Shown here: positions 1-13,700 of the stretch, one piece after another
Position numbering within the stretch: the stretch's first letter is position 1
How the letters are laid out: each line of letters starts with the position of its first letter
Assembly: GCA_951406725.2 (NCBI GenBank)
Contig: OX597816.1
Span: 150,412,001-150,476,000, forward strand
Direction: 5' to 3'
Length of the DNA: 64,000 nt
Origin: Octopus vulgaris
Taxonomy: Eukaryota
Notes under the pieces: model-generated
Told to the model about the DNA's origin: nothing
What the model saw: the letters and a program-made list of their open reading frames with translations, nothing else
The model's database searches: none
Translations under genes and position numbers: made by a program

Positions 1-1913
1 TGAGATTCATAGAATATTAGTTCAATCTTTCTCTATTTCATAATGTTCAATGGTGTTCAATATTATCATTCATGTAAATACTGGTTAGCTGATTGAATCA
101 GTAATAACATAATGCTCTGGTATATTATAACAAGATGATAAAGGTTTTGCAAAATGTTTCAGGCCTCCTCCATACTTATGTGTTTACAAAAATTACCTTT
201 TTGTGAAAGATAATTTTTGTAAATATTTATTAAAGAAAAATAGTAGAATTCAAGCAAATTAATGATGTCTAGGTCAGCAAATTGTAAGTACAAAATGGAA
301 TAAATTATTTTACCTTGAAAAGAAAGCTAATATTCCAAACAGGATTCTTTGTGTAGGAGTTAAAATATCATTTACTTATATATGAGCCAATTAGAATGTT
401 GGCTTCAAAAAAGGAAAAAAATAATCATAGGTCTAGATGGATTGATGTTGATTTTTATGGCTAGGTAGACTTCAACAATAGCAGTTAAAAAATACAATGA
501 GATCTTTACAGTGAGTCCAAAACCCATAATCCATGTAAAAGTGAATTTGATTCTTTTATGTTTGGCCTTTCACTTAAATGGTCTAGACTTTATCCATAAA
601 ATGTTTCCAAATGAGTGAGTAAAGAGGAAACTAAGATATGAATGGATAATTCAATAATTTTCAGACATTACAAAAGAAAATCTTCGTTTATAAATGAAAT
701 ATGATCTGTTAATAGAATTGTATGATTTAGTATAATTAGAGATTCATTTCCAATCTTGGCACAATGCCTCAGATTTGTAGGGAAGAGTGAAGATGATTGA
801 ATCAACCACAGTATATTACAAGAACTTATTTTATTGGCCCAAGAGTGGCTAGATCAACACTGATAGGAATCAAACTCAAAATTTAAAGAAACATACCCAA
901 ATAAATAAGGCATTTAGTGCAGTGTTCTATTATTACTACTTTTCTTAACATAATTAAATATTTATTATTGTTAAGTATATGCAGTTGTATACTCTAATAT
1001 GTACACATACACAAATACATTAGCTATTGGTACTTTGATATTGCACACATATCAGAATTATAAATGGTTGTAGCAAAGCATGTTGTATATTAGGGCAAAA
1101 ATCAATTATGCATAAACCAAAATCTCTCACCATATTCATTATTTGATTGTCTCTTATGTTACTAGCTTCTGCAGATTCTCCCTGCACCAAACCTAAGTTA
1201 AACCGATAATGGAATATTGCGATCATTGAGGAAGTAATTTCAATCTCCAGTAGATAATGTTTTACTCTATAAATAAAAAAGCAAGATTTCTCTGCTTCAT
1301 AGAAATAACCATCAGTCTGTGTGTGTTTATTTTCTTAATAATTAATTAGATTAATTCAGTGAATCAAAAGAGGAGATTGATTCTCACATACAAAGCATGT
1401 GCATATATCTTTGTATTTGTTTGTGCTCCAACATAATGTCAACAGGTACAAAAACAGGCATGTATTAATTATTAGAATATTATATAGAACATTTGAAAGT
1501 GCAATGCCTTAAGAATACTTAGTTCTTGTGATTAAGCACTGGGTTCAATTTTTCTAAGAGTATAATTGACAAACCAAACCAGTATATTACTGGTACTTAT
1601 TTTGTCAACTGTGAATAGGTGAAATGCTCAAGTCAGTTTCAGCAAGCTGAAACTAGAAGGACTGAAACTACAATGCTTTGAAATTTCTAAATAGTTCTAT
1701 TTTCCTATACTAACATATACAATTTTGTACATTTATTTAGTAATTGTTTAATCACAGCTTTGTTGATGAGGTGAAACATATCTGTAGTTGTCTCTTGTAC
1801 TTGACATAAAAATGAAAAATTAATCATTGTATACTTTCAAATTTCTTCATTGCATATCAATTTTTCTATTTAGATTTTTAATGTTTCATGCATTAAATAT
1901 GTTAAGAGTCATA

Positions 1914-2073
1914 GGTGTAGGAGTAGCCGTGTGGTAAGCAGCTTGCTTACGAACCACATGGTTCTGGGTTCAGTCCCACTGCATGGCACCTTGTGCAAGT
2001 GACTTCTACTATAGCCTCAGGCCAACCAAGTCTTGTGAGTGGATTTGGTAGACGGAAACTGAAAGAAGCCTAT

Positions 2074-2116
<43 letters not shown>

Positions 2117-2306
2117 CTGTGATTGTCCCCCAACATCGCTTGACAACTGATGGTGGTGTGCTTACGTCCCCGTAACTTAGCGCTTCTGCAAAAGAGACCG
2201 ATAGAATAAGTACTAGGCTTACAAAGAATAAGTCCTGGAGTTGATTTGCTCGACTAAAGGCGGTGCTCCAGCATGGCCACAGTCAAATGACTGAAACAAG
2301 TAAAAG
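1914..2306 (+). mobile_element. tRNA-derived SINE, family A (CORE-SINE-like), full length
   Basis: A-box-like TAGCCGTGTGG (1924-1934) and B-box-like GGTTCAGTCCC (~1967-1977). CORE-like GGCACCTTGTGCAAGT, internal (TA)n, tail ...ATGACTGAAACAAGTAAAAG. Flanked by direct repeat AGAGTCAT (1905-1912 and 2307-2314). Several homologous copies elsewhere in the window. Confidence 0.9.
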
Positions 2307-2778
2307 AGAGTCATTTAAATTCTATGGTATCTAATCCTATGCAATATTGAATTGAAGTTATGTTAATCATAGCAAGCTAAGCCACTGAAGATTTGTGGTA
2401 ATATACCAGTTATAGAGTTTATATAAATTAATATATGTAACATGAATATAGCTAGATAATTTGCATATTAATGTAGAAATGTATATAGATAGCTATAAGA
2501 GGATAGCATTTTATGAAATTTCTTCAAGGAACTATGTAAATCTGTGACTCCAGGGAATAATTTCCTCACACACCAAATGTACATCACTAAGAAATACTAT
2601 AAGAAAAATAAGATCAATCAAAATTTCTCAATTGGATCTAATAAAAAACCCATTTCCTCTGCTTCAAATTCTCATGTCTAACATGTTTCCAGGTCATTGA
2701 CTGCCATTTTGAAGTATAACACTATTCGCATAATGTTTGGTTCAATTATTCATATGTAATTTTTTCTTTTACTCTCAG

Positions 2779-2819
2779 GAACGAACATCTATTGAAGGAA
2801 CACTGTTTGTGTACAGGCG
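2779..2819 (+). CDS. DCP1: Internal coding exon of mRNA-decapping cofactor DCP1 (EVH1-like domain)
   Basis: Polypyrimidine tract plus CAG acceptor (TTTTTCTTTTACTCTCAG|) and donor |GTAGGT. The 41-bp phase 0 to phase 2 exon encodes ERTSIEGTLFVYR-R, matching the conserved DCP1 motif (W)EKTDIEGTLFVYRR. As I recall, the equivalent vertebrate DCP1A exon has the same size and phases (from memory, not aligned). Too short to appear in the ORF track. Confidence 0.82.
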
Positions 2820-4828
2820 GTAGGTGATCTTACCTTTCTCTTTCATCTTGATTTCAACTATTTATTGACCAAAATGCAACAATAATAATAAGTACACTCA
2901 CTGCATACAACACATACCCTATACAATAACCACCCAATAAAAAATATAATTCATACTACATATACTGTGTGGAATGACCAACAAATTATAACACAACACT
3001 TGCTCTGGACAATCATCACCTAATAAATAACACAACACATACCGCTATAACACCAACAACTCATATTCTACACAGTCATCACTATTTATGTAACAACCCA
3101 TACAGCACATAACTCTACACAATTGTCTTCTGACATTAAAACACATAACATCAAGCACACAGCACATACAAAACACAAACTATCGAATAAAATATCACAT
3201 CAGCATTGCACATATTTGGCATGAACAGATGAAATGCTTAAATAACAGCAGAAACCAAATTCCACACTAAGTTACAAATGATGAATATACAATCACAGCT
3301 TTACATTCCCAAAAGACAATGTTATACACATCTTGATATCATGGAAGTATATTAGGAGGGTCAGTAGAAAATAAAGTCTGTTGAAAACATGATAATAATG
3401 ATTTGTAAAATAGGCACAAGGTCAGAAATTCGAGGGAAGGGGTTAGTTGATGAAATCATCCCCAGTAATTGACTGGTATTTTATTGTATCAACCCTTAGT
3501 TGTATAATTGAATATGCAGAACAATTGACACTGTAATTCAGTTTGAATCATTTCATATCGAAATCAAAATAAGTTATCTGACCTGTTTTTGTAGATGCTG
3601 CTCAAATTAAAGTACAAATAAAACCGATTTGATTCTCATGAAATCATCATTTAATACCACTATTATATGAATGTAGTGACATAATAAAATTTTGTAAATG
3701 CTCACTTTCATTTCCATTGTTCCATATAGTCTGCAGAAACTTTTTAGATGGGAGATTGAGGTGAGAGCACAGTTCTTATTAAGTCTGTGTGTTTCTGTAT
3801 ATATGTCATTGGATTACAGTCACTATACATATTTATGTACAGTTATTTTTTGTAACTCAAGTTCAATTTTTTTAAGAAGGTGTCGTCAATAAAATTGACT
3901 ATTAAATGTAACTCCATTTTATTTCCTTTCCCAGTGAATAATAGTATTTGTGCCTATGTAAGAAAATCAATATTTTTATTTATGTCCGTTAGAGCACAGA
4001 ATTTTATGTCATTGGTATATTTCTAACATAGTGCACTTATAAACTGAAACTGTGTCTTTCTAAAATTTCTTATAGAAATCTGTAGTTTCTTCATAAACAA
4101 CAACACTGAGCCATCTTTTCAATGCTGTCTTTATATTCTCTTTTTGTGTTTAGATATATTTGATACAGAGATCTACAATATATTTTCACTGGTATGACAT
4201 ATTAGGAAGTTACTAAATCCAAATTATTTTCATACTGTGTAACTTTAAAAAGCATTCTATTGGTTTGCACTCACAAAAAGCTCTTTAGGGTTTCATGCTA
4301 AAATACAAAGCTTTTACTCTAGAAACATCAGAAACTCTACCAATAACCTTAAAAGGAATTTTTTCTAGAGATAAGCAAAAGGAAATCTTAACTGACAGCT
4401 GGTTTTCAGTTAGTTCCTTTTTTCCTGTTAATACCTTGGCTTGTTTTATGACAGGAAGATTTTGTATATCATAATGATTATTGCAGAATATAAGACACCA
4501 AAAGTTTGGTTCTGTTTATTTTCTGTTTTATAGACAGATAATATCTGAATAATGTGTATTTCATAGTAAGATGAAATTGTTTCTTTATTACATTTACCTT
4601 TTCATGTCATCATGGGTAAAAGGAACATATAAATTTATATATTTACATGCAAATTATTGCAACAAATATTTTTATAGCTGTCTTTTTCAGAATATTTACT
4701 CAACTGTGAAGTGAAAATGGTATCTATTTTCAACAAAGGAATCTGAAGCAAATAGATCAATGTATATTGCCTAGGGACACAACACTGGCTATAGCAAGAT
4801 TTAAAAACAGTATCACAATAATTTCACA

Positions 4829-4876
4829 ATAATAATTCCTAGAAATAATAATTCCTAGAAATAATAATTCCTAGAA
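4829..4876. repeat. Perfect 16-bp tandem repeat x3 (ATAATAATTCCTAGAA)
   Basis: Units at 4829-4844, 4845-4860 and 4861-4876, read directly. Confidence 0.9.
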
Positions 4877-7253
4877 ACGATTTTCAACATCTTAATATTA
4901 TTAAGAAAAATACAAGCATATAGAAAACCCTTGCCAAAAGGGTTACTTCATTTAAAATTGTCTCTTGTTTTCCTATCAGTTTGATTTATCTTTCAAATTT
5001 TTATCTTAACAAACTTCTGCTACTTCAAAAATAAATTCCTTTAGATCCTCCACAGGTTGTATTGTTTCTCACTAATAATCTAGCACATCAAAGTATTGTT
5101 CTGATTAGTCAGTTTGTTTTATTGAGTAATCAGCTTAGCAGTATGATTGGTTTTACTGTCACATGTTTCTCAGTGAAGCAATGAGTCAAAGATATCAATG
5201 TACAGCTATATTTAGTTTCCACTCAGCCAAAAGTAACTTACTATAAGTTAAAACTCTTTCCATATCATGCCAATAAACAATACTTCCAATGTCTGTTGTT
5301 TTAAAAGGTAGCTTTCTCATTAAATCCTTTAAAATACTGTCTTAATAGGATGGTCAGGATTAGAATGTTTTCTATAAGCCTGGAATGCTTTTGATCATTC
5401 AAGTCTGTCATAGAGCTAAACAACAATCTATTTAATACAGTATGAAAGAAAGTCACTAGCACTATATGCCTGTGCGAATTTTATGAAATCTTTACTTTTA
5501 ATCTCTTTTTTGACACAAACGTTTCAGCTTTTTCCCTTTTCTATCGTACACAAAATAATAGGAATGATGTATGTACCAAGAGTAAAAATGTAAAATCTGA
5601 GGTATTAAAGTGGAAAAAATCTAAATGGAATTTAATACATTGGCAAATATGTGAGATTAAAAATCAGTTGGAGATTAGCTACAGTCATTTACACTAGTGT
5701 ATACATAGAATGAAAATAGGTGATTTCTATTGAAAGAAAAATATTTTAAAATATTGTTAACTGACTATAACTGGCTTGTTAAGCCAAGAAATGCTTAGCA
5801 TGATATTAGCTTTACTATTAAGAATAATTAACAAATAATATAAAATTAGCTGAAACATGTTCAAACTATGTCACTGTGGAAATATGAACATTGCTGTGGG
5901 CATTAGAGGCAAAAAATTCTCTAACTAGAGTAGTTTCATTAAGTTAAAATGCAATTAATTATTTTTTTTTATCGAACTTTAAAATACAAGTAGTTATTTG
6001 CTATTGAAATAAATATTCATAGTTACACACCACAGAAAATGTAAATATATTTTGCATATGTATTTATAACACAGCATTTTTTCTGGCTCTAAGTGTATTT
6101 TAATCCCTTGAAGATTTCACAATGAAAATGTTTTACATTTGATGTTTCAGGTATTAAAAAAATTTAATTGAAAAATTTGTTGCCCAGTTATTTTAAATAA
6201 ACTGCTTTGTTTGGCCACAGAAAATATTCTGAACAGTAAACTCAATATAATTTTTGGGTTGTCTTTTTAATTAAAGAAATTTGTTTTGTTTTGTTATGTT
6301 TTAACAATTTATTTTTTGTAAGTTAATCAGAGGAGGAGATCAATAGCCACTTTGATTTCTAGGTTCAAATTTCTCAATGGCTAACTTTGCTTTTTACTTA
6401 TTCTTTTATTGAGTAATTACCAGTATTATACCAGAATCAAATCACTCAATTCTACCCATCTCCTGCTATAAGTAAACTTTGACTGAGTAAAAACACAAAC
6501 AACATTATCTTCATAAAGAAGGTTACTTTTATCTATTTATAGGTTTGACAGCTTTCTTTCTAAGATAGCATAACTGGACTATATTTGATATATATATATA
6601 TATATATATAGTATATATTTTTAAAAATTTGGGTAGTTTTCATGTCCATTGACTGAATTTTCCAGCTTAGAAAATAATACTTCTTACCGAACTATTTGAC
6701 TACAAAGTCAGAGTACCACTTAATTTTCAGCAATGATTACAAGAACAATTGTAACATATTGTTTTCATATTATCTTCATAAAAATCATGTTATTTTTTAG
6801 TTCTTTTCATTCCCTTGTCACATGGTGACAATATAAAACATAAGAGATGTGTATGAAGCTTTAGATTTTGAGGAGAAATGGAACTAGGTAATTTACATGA
6901 AATGACTTAACTATTTATTCTCTGCCAGTAAAGTGCACTTTAATACTTTACCTTAACTGTTACTTTGTTGCTGCTACTACTACCACCACTACTACTATAA
7001 TTGTTGAGATTTTTTTTCTTCTTATAGCTACCCAGCTAAAATAGTAACCTGACTTGCTGTAGCTCATTTTTAATGATTTAGCAGAAGTTGGTAATTTCTG
7101 CATCAATTCCTAACTGATATAGAGCAGTCTGATGTACATTTAAAAGACATCCTTATCAATAATTAATTAAAAAGCAAGTCCCTTCTTTTAACAACATAAA
7201 ATACTTGAGAGATTAATATATCTTAGATGTTGATTATGCTAAGGAGCAAGGCA

Positions 7254-7255
7254 TG

Positions 7256-7333
<78 letters not shown>

Positions 7334-7524
7334 TAAGGAGAGAAAAGAATCCTGAACTGTTTCTTCTTCATTGTCATCATTTTGACGTTCCTGTTTCCCC
7401 TAGTTCTAATACAGGCTTCATCTGTTTCCTCTATCCATCTTTCATTTTCTCTCTCTCTCACTCTCTCTTCCCCCTATCTCCCCTCTCTCTCTGCCTCACT
7501 CTCTCTCTCTCTCTCTCTCTCTCT
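7254..7524. repeat. Compound microsatellites (GT)n, (TA)n, (CT)n
   Basis: Seen directly. Explains ORFs 7234..7461, 7255..7599 and 7382..7573. Confidence 0.9.
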
Positions 7525-7945
7525 GTTGATTGTATTCTTTCTTTATACTCTGTTGTTTTTGTACATATTTTAACAGTTTATAATGTTATAGGTTGTTGAG
7601 GTAAAAGAGCTTCCGGTTTATACTGTACGCTACCAGGTGTTGAATAGACAGGCCAAACCTACTTAAAACTGTGTCAGGTGGTGAGATAGTTAGATAGAAG
7701 AGAGAGAGAAAGGAATGCTTTACTATCAAAATGTCAGAAGCCTTTCTCAGAAGTAGAAGCCTTTCTTACATCCTTTAAGATGAAAATCATTTTATTCTTT
7801 GAACTTGATTTTTTTTTTTTTTTTCAATATAATTTCAAATATATAACATGTTTACAAATTTTTCAGAATGCTTTTAATTATCACTTAATAAGTGAGTATT
7901 TAAATATTTTAAAGTTTTTATTTATTCATAACTACCATGATGAGT

Positions 7946-8230
7946 CCCATGGGCATATGGCGTAGTGGTTAAGAGTGTGGGCTACTAACTCCAAGATTCT
8001 GAGTTCGATTCCAAGTAGTGACCTAAACAATAACAATAATAATAACAACAACAACATGGAAAAATACCTTAAGAATGAGAACCCAGGTTCAAAAATTCCC
8101 CAAGACACCTGAAGAAGGCTGGAGGGTATATCAGCCGAAACGTGTTAACAACAAACAAGATGAGGACAAATATCTGTCGAATGTAAATAATGTACATAAT
8201 TCCTAATCTCTAAAAAAAAAAACTGTATTG
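7946..8230 (+). mobile_element. tRNA-derived SINE with (AAC/AAT)n linker and hammerhead-like 3' module
   Basis: A box TGGCGTAGTGG (7958-7968) and B box GTTCGATTCC (8003-8012). A-run at 8212-8222. 11-bp target-site duplication CCATGATGAGT (7935-7945 and 8231-8241). Confidence 0.85.
8104..8146 (+). ncRNA. Minimal type I hammerhead ribozyme-like motif (Penelope-type), degenerate at the cleavage site
   Basis: GACAC (stem I 5') - CTGAAGA core - A - GGCTGG/TCAGCC stem II with 8-nt loop - GAAA - C - GTGTT (stem I 3'). The NUH cleavage triplet expected between GAAAC and stem I is absent in this copy. Confidence 0.65.
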
Positions 8231-9439
8231 CCATGATGAGTGTCAGTCTAGACAGCCATGCAAATTTCACAAGTTTTGAAAAGCCAAAAGGCAAAATATC
8301 AACTAATTTTCATATTTTTATGACCCTTAATGTTCAGATACTTCAAGCAAAAGAGAAATATTGAACTACAGCTAAATCCCTGGTGTTTGGACAGCACTTT
8401 TATGTGTTGAAATATCTTAAAGCTATTGATTTTTACCCCTCACCGTGTTGCCTGTTTCTAATTTTAATTAACAAGGGCTTCAGTGCATCAACCTATGTAT
8501 ATATTATTGATTTTAAATTGTCACCCTTTCCTTTATTTCATTGATTTAAACATTGTTCAGCAATGTTTACTACTCATTGATATGGGAAATTAAAATTATC
8601 ATGATTGTCACATTCTTACCTTATTATTGATTTCTTACATTTGCCATAATTTGAATTCAATTCAATCAACTCCAATATAAGGCTGAGTGAAACTCTTATG
8701 CGGTTTGGACTCAGAATGAGGAGGAACAATGCTGTGTATCATATATCTAATACTTTCATCTCAGAGCAGTCTGCAGTTCAAACATTGCTTTCATTTATTA
8801 TGGGTTGAAAGGTAATATTTGTGGGTAAGTGATGTTCAAGCCTTTACTTGCAGCATAAGAAAAATGATTACTAAAGTATTGAAACCAGACTACAGACCCA
8901 AGTCAGAGATTTAAACCTTTCAGAGTGAAATCATATGGGAACAGCTGTATCCAACTGGGTTTTCACTTTTATATCCTGTCTTCTTTTTATTTTCTTGCTT
9001 GTGTGGGAAACCAGCCTGTCAAAAGATAGACCCAAAGTTTCCTTTGCATGTCATAAAAGGTGACTACAAGAAGTTGAGATAGGGTTTGCACCCCAACCTC
9101 CTAAACCCTTACCAGCAATGACAACCCAAACAGACCTGTTGGTTGGAAGGTTGTAGTGCAAACATATCATCTGCCAGGAGTAGGGAATCACCAACAAATG
9201 GTGGATGCAGTGACATGCTGTTACAGCACATGCCTCTATACTACAACTTGACTACAAAATTTTCCATTGAAGTAGGAAAGTCTCTAGTGTCATTGACTTT
9301 GTATGTACATATGTGTGTGTGTATTTTGAAGTCCCAATCAACTTGATCATCAAAATAAATTTGACACACTTCAGTAAATGTTCCATTGTTATACTCAACC
9401 TTACTTTAAAAACAATAACCTATTTAACATGTATATCAT

Positions 9440-9760
9440 CACCATCATCATTGTGTTCCATGTTGGTATGAGTTGGAGGGTTTGACAGGATCCAATAGGT
9501 CTAAGAACTACACCATGCTCCATTGTTTACTTTAGTATTGTTTCTGTTGCTAGATGCCCTTTGTAATATCAACCACTGTACTGCATACATTGGGTTTTTT
9601 TTTTTTTTTTCATAACACCAGCACTGATGAGGTGCAGCTCACAAGACTACAAACCCTGAGAGAGGTCGCTTTATGCTAAGGTAATAAGGTTTAAAGTATG
9701 AGGGGAAGTAGCCAGAACAAAACAGATTTCTTGCTGCAGAAGAGTTACATAGTTATTCAT
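9440..9760 (-). mobile_element. Degenerate retroposon with RTE-like (TGA)n tail
   Basis: CATCATCAT...TTCCATGTTGGTATGAGTTGG resembles the reverse complement of the tail at 58385-58440. Extended similarity to 61390-61760 (CAGCTCACAAGACTA, TTTCTTG..G.AGA). Confidence 0.55.
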
Positions 9761-10433
9761 ATTTTAGAAGAGAGGGTAAGGGCAGTCGGAGTGGAGCTGG
9801 AAAGAAATAGAAATAATGGTGATGAGGTGTCCAGGTACAAAGTAAATAGAAGTGTGTGAGGGCAGAGGAACCAGGAGTGCAAGTGGGTAGAGGTTGCATG
9901 AGTGTATGGGAGAATGAGTGAGGTGAAGTATGAATATAATGAATGAAAGACAGGTGTTGAGAAGTGGAAGTAGTGAATGGCGGATTAGGGGTTAGAGAGA
10001 GTCCAATGATGTATGTGGTGAAAGAGTAACAAAATAGTAATATTGATACAGTAGACAAGAGAAAGATGAGAGAGAGAGGGGGGGTTGAGGTTGGTTGCCC
10101 AAATGTGGGAAGAGAGAAGCGTGCATAGTGAGTGGGGAGTACAAGATGAATGGTGGTGGAGAAAGAGAAATAATTTGGTGGCTTGTGGGTGGGATTCAGT
10201 GTAAAATATAAATGGATAAGATAGTATAAGACGAAGGATGGATATCAAGAGAAATGATTTCAAGCAGCAAGGAAGATTAATGATATCAAGAAAAACTGCA
10301 GTTACAGAGATGATGAGTAGGGTGGGGTCTTGCGGAGGAAATTAGGTGAGAGGCCCAGTTGTGCGCACGCACACACAAACACACACAGAGTACTTCCAGA
10401 ACTTAGTTCCACTGATTTAGGTGCATTATGTAG

Positions 10434-10527
10434 AGAACCACATACTGCTGTTCATCCTAGTCTCGTCATCTCCTCCATGAGGTTCAAGGTCCTGAGATCA
10501 ACCTTCACCACTTTCTTCCTATGTCTC
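10434..10527 (-). mobile_element. RTE-like LINE 3' coding remnant
   Basis: Minus strand translates VVKVDLRTLNLMEEMTR, resembling the C-terminus of RTE-clade RT ORFs (recognised by eye). An RTE-type tail fragment also lies at ~10675-10742. Confidence 0.5.
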
Positions 10528-10744
10528 ACTACCATGAAGAACTGCACTTCTAAAACAATCATCATGCAATCTGCTCTTCACTCTGGGAGAAAAGTCCTTT
10601 GCTGCTTGTTGCAGTAGAGGGTCTCTGAACTTTTTCCTGTCTTTTGTAACCCATGCTGCTGTACTTTCAGAGCACATCATCATTATCGTCACCATCATTT
10701 AACGTCTGCCTTCCATGCTGGCATTGGTGGGACAGTTTGACATT

Positions 10745-10783
<39 letters not shown>

Positions 10784-13700
10784 CTGCTACAAGAACATGT
10801 CCTATTTGAGTGTATTTGAACTCACTATAGTTGAGTATGTTAACAAGATTAGATCATCAATTGATGTCTAGACTTTGAAAAAAATTTGTAAATTTTGTAA
10901 ATTACTTTCTTGAAAAAAAATGCAAATGAAAATCAATAAAGTAAATGAATTGGATGAAGTTTTGTTTTGTTTACTGGCTTGCATTGATATATGAAAAAAT
11001 TGTGTTTTGTGCTCTTAACTATTGTAAAAGGGTTGTTTTGATTTTTTTTCTTCTCTCTTTATGCATGACCAACCCTTTAGCAGCTGAGTGGATTTTCAGC
11101 TCGTCTTCTGATTTGCATAGCTATCCCTACAATCAATCCATTATCATGAGCATTCCAACTTCAAGGCTTTTTTAATTGAGAATTCTTTCATTTTCATCTC
11201 AGCCTCATCTGTTTTGTCATAGTGATCATCCTCATCATCACCTCATCTTAAAATTATTATTACTGCTCTAAATTTTCATCATTGAGGTCCATATTATGCC
11301 CATCAAGCATTTTTCTGACATTATTGTCATCTATTCTAGATATTTTAAGGTATAAATAATATTGAGCTACTTTTACTAATGATCATTTCATGTTGCAATT
11401 TTTCTTTTTCATCTAGTAAATTTTATTAGGATTTTGTTTCCAAAATAGTTTTGCTTTATCAAAATTCATAATCTGTTCATCAATATAAACACTCATCTTC
11501 AATTTTTTTCTTTTTTTCAATTCAGCAGGATATGTGACTACTCCATTATTGTACTTGTACTTTTGCCTAGAAACCTAACATTATAAATTCCATATCATTT
11601 TAGAAATGAGTCAAACCATTCAGAAAATGTTGTTTTAGCATTCCCTTCAGTTTCATTTTCTTACTTCCATTTTCTTTGCACTGCTTCAAACAGGTATATG
11701 TACTGTATACCAGAGTAAACTAAATTGCTATATGCAGTATTTGAATTTTGATGGCAAATTATCAGCCATGTTATATGGAAATGCAGTGATTGAAGTATAT
11801 TCCTGTGTTATGTATGGATGTCTCCATCCATCTATCCTTCCTTCCTTCCTTCCTTCCTTTCTACTGTAAATATAGAGGTCTGTATTTGATAATATTTGTA
11901 CCCTGTATAACATAGCTGTTTTACACTCCTTACTTTATGATATATGTATTGTGTGTGTGTGTATACCCATATACACAGACACACACTCCTGATTTATTTC
12001 ATCAGTGCTTAGTATTAAGAAAAATGTGCAACTTTTTAGTATAAAACTTTTCAGAGTGAGATAAGAATGCCTAAAAACTGTACTGGCTCTTGTAGACTGG
12101 TGAGATCAATGAGTTTATGTTGATCTTTAACATCTGTAAATCAACATCTGCAGTAAGAATGTGGGCCCTTAGGAAAATCAGAATAGTTACAGTTCTAGGA
12201 GGAATAATGTTGAAAAAGTGTTTAGTATAGGATCTAAAAATGAGTTACAGCAGGGATGATCAATTGAGAGAGAGAGAGAGAGAGATGAGCTTGTTCGACT
12301 GGGTGGAGAGGGATGTACAAACATATTTTCAGAAAAGCTGAAAGCACTGTATTATATAGTACAGGCAGAGAAATGAAAGCATTTCAGCTGCAACCATTCC
12401 ATATTTTCCTTGTGTACAGGGAGCCCATGGCAACAATTATCCAACACTCTTTTTTTAACAGAACAGGTATTTTGAGTGAGATCTAGCTACTGTTACTGGC
12501 AGTTCAAGGGACTATATAGCAATTAGTTTGGCAATGAGGATGAGATCTGTAAGAAACCTTTGTAATTAGTCAAAATTTGAAAGTTATATCTTAGTATCTG
12601 ATGATTTACTATTTAGTATAATGCTTTGTTATTTGGCTTCTATTTCAGTGAAACACAATTGAATTTCTTCTCATTTGCTAAGAGTTGTTCGTACTTATGT
12701 ACATACATACATACACACATGCATGCATGCATGTGTGTTTGTGGACACTGTGTTATTCTCTAAAATAAATTTAACAATTGCTGAATATAGTTAATATATG
12801 CATCTTAAATGGATTGCCTTACTTTTTCCTATGTTAGCAGCCAGCCTTGTTTCAAAACAAGAAATTATTAGAGGCGGCTACAAATAGAAATTTAACTGAA
12901 AATTAATAAAGTAATGTTATAAAACCTTTTTTTCTACTTTTTAAATAATTATTTTATTATTCTCTTTCTGCTTTAAATTAATGTTAGAAGTTAAAAGCTA
13001 ATTTGTAAGCTCAAAATTTTGTTTCATCTGTATGGGAAAGTATGGTGTGAAACAGAAAGTGGTTGGTAACTGAGGTGGTATACTGCTTATCAATAATAAA
13101 ATTAAAAGTTTTATTTTCGTATCCTTTTAACCACTCCTTCCCAGCATCAGTTACCTATGTCATGGAGACAGTCTCATGCCTAGTTAATATAGAGTTCCAC
13201 TGTAACAGCCTTCTTGCTAGCATGGAAAACAATAGATGTAAAATGACTATGATAATGATAATATGCAGTGTGTAGGGTAAGCAATTAGAAATATGGGTGA
13301 GAAGGAATAATAGTATCTTAGGACACTTTTTCAGTTGATAGTTTGTTCTTCAACTCAAAGTCATCCCCAAATGAGCAGGCTTATGATCAAAGGTCTCCAA
13401 CCATATTTTCTAATGACTCTTTTATTATTGTAACGTGATATTTGAAGAAGATTTGACTACTCTTTCTAGCAGCCATATAAGGTCTACTGTTAGCTTGTCT
13501 CTTGATCAATTACACTGTTTTTGTTGCTATATTTGTAATGATGTGAGAAATCATTATCTTTGATGTTGACAACAAAAAAAACCTATCAGTTTCCAAACTA
13601 TAGATAAAAGATAACTGAATCTTAGTCTTCTTCATATATTCACTTTTTCTTATTTGCAAAATAAAATATATGATTATACAATATTTAGTATATAAATGAA

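Noticed and set aside
7951-8023. Functional tRNA gene
   Set aside because: Acceptor and T stems pair poorly, and the unit is embedded in a TSD-flanked element. It is a SINE head.
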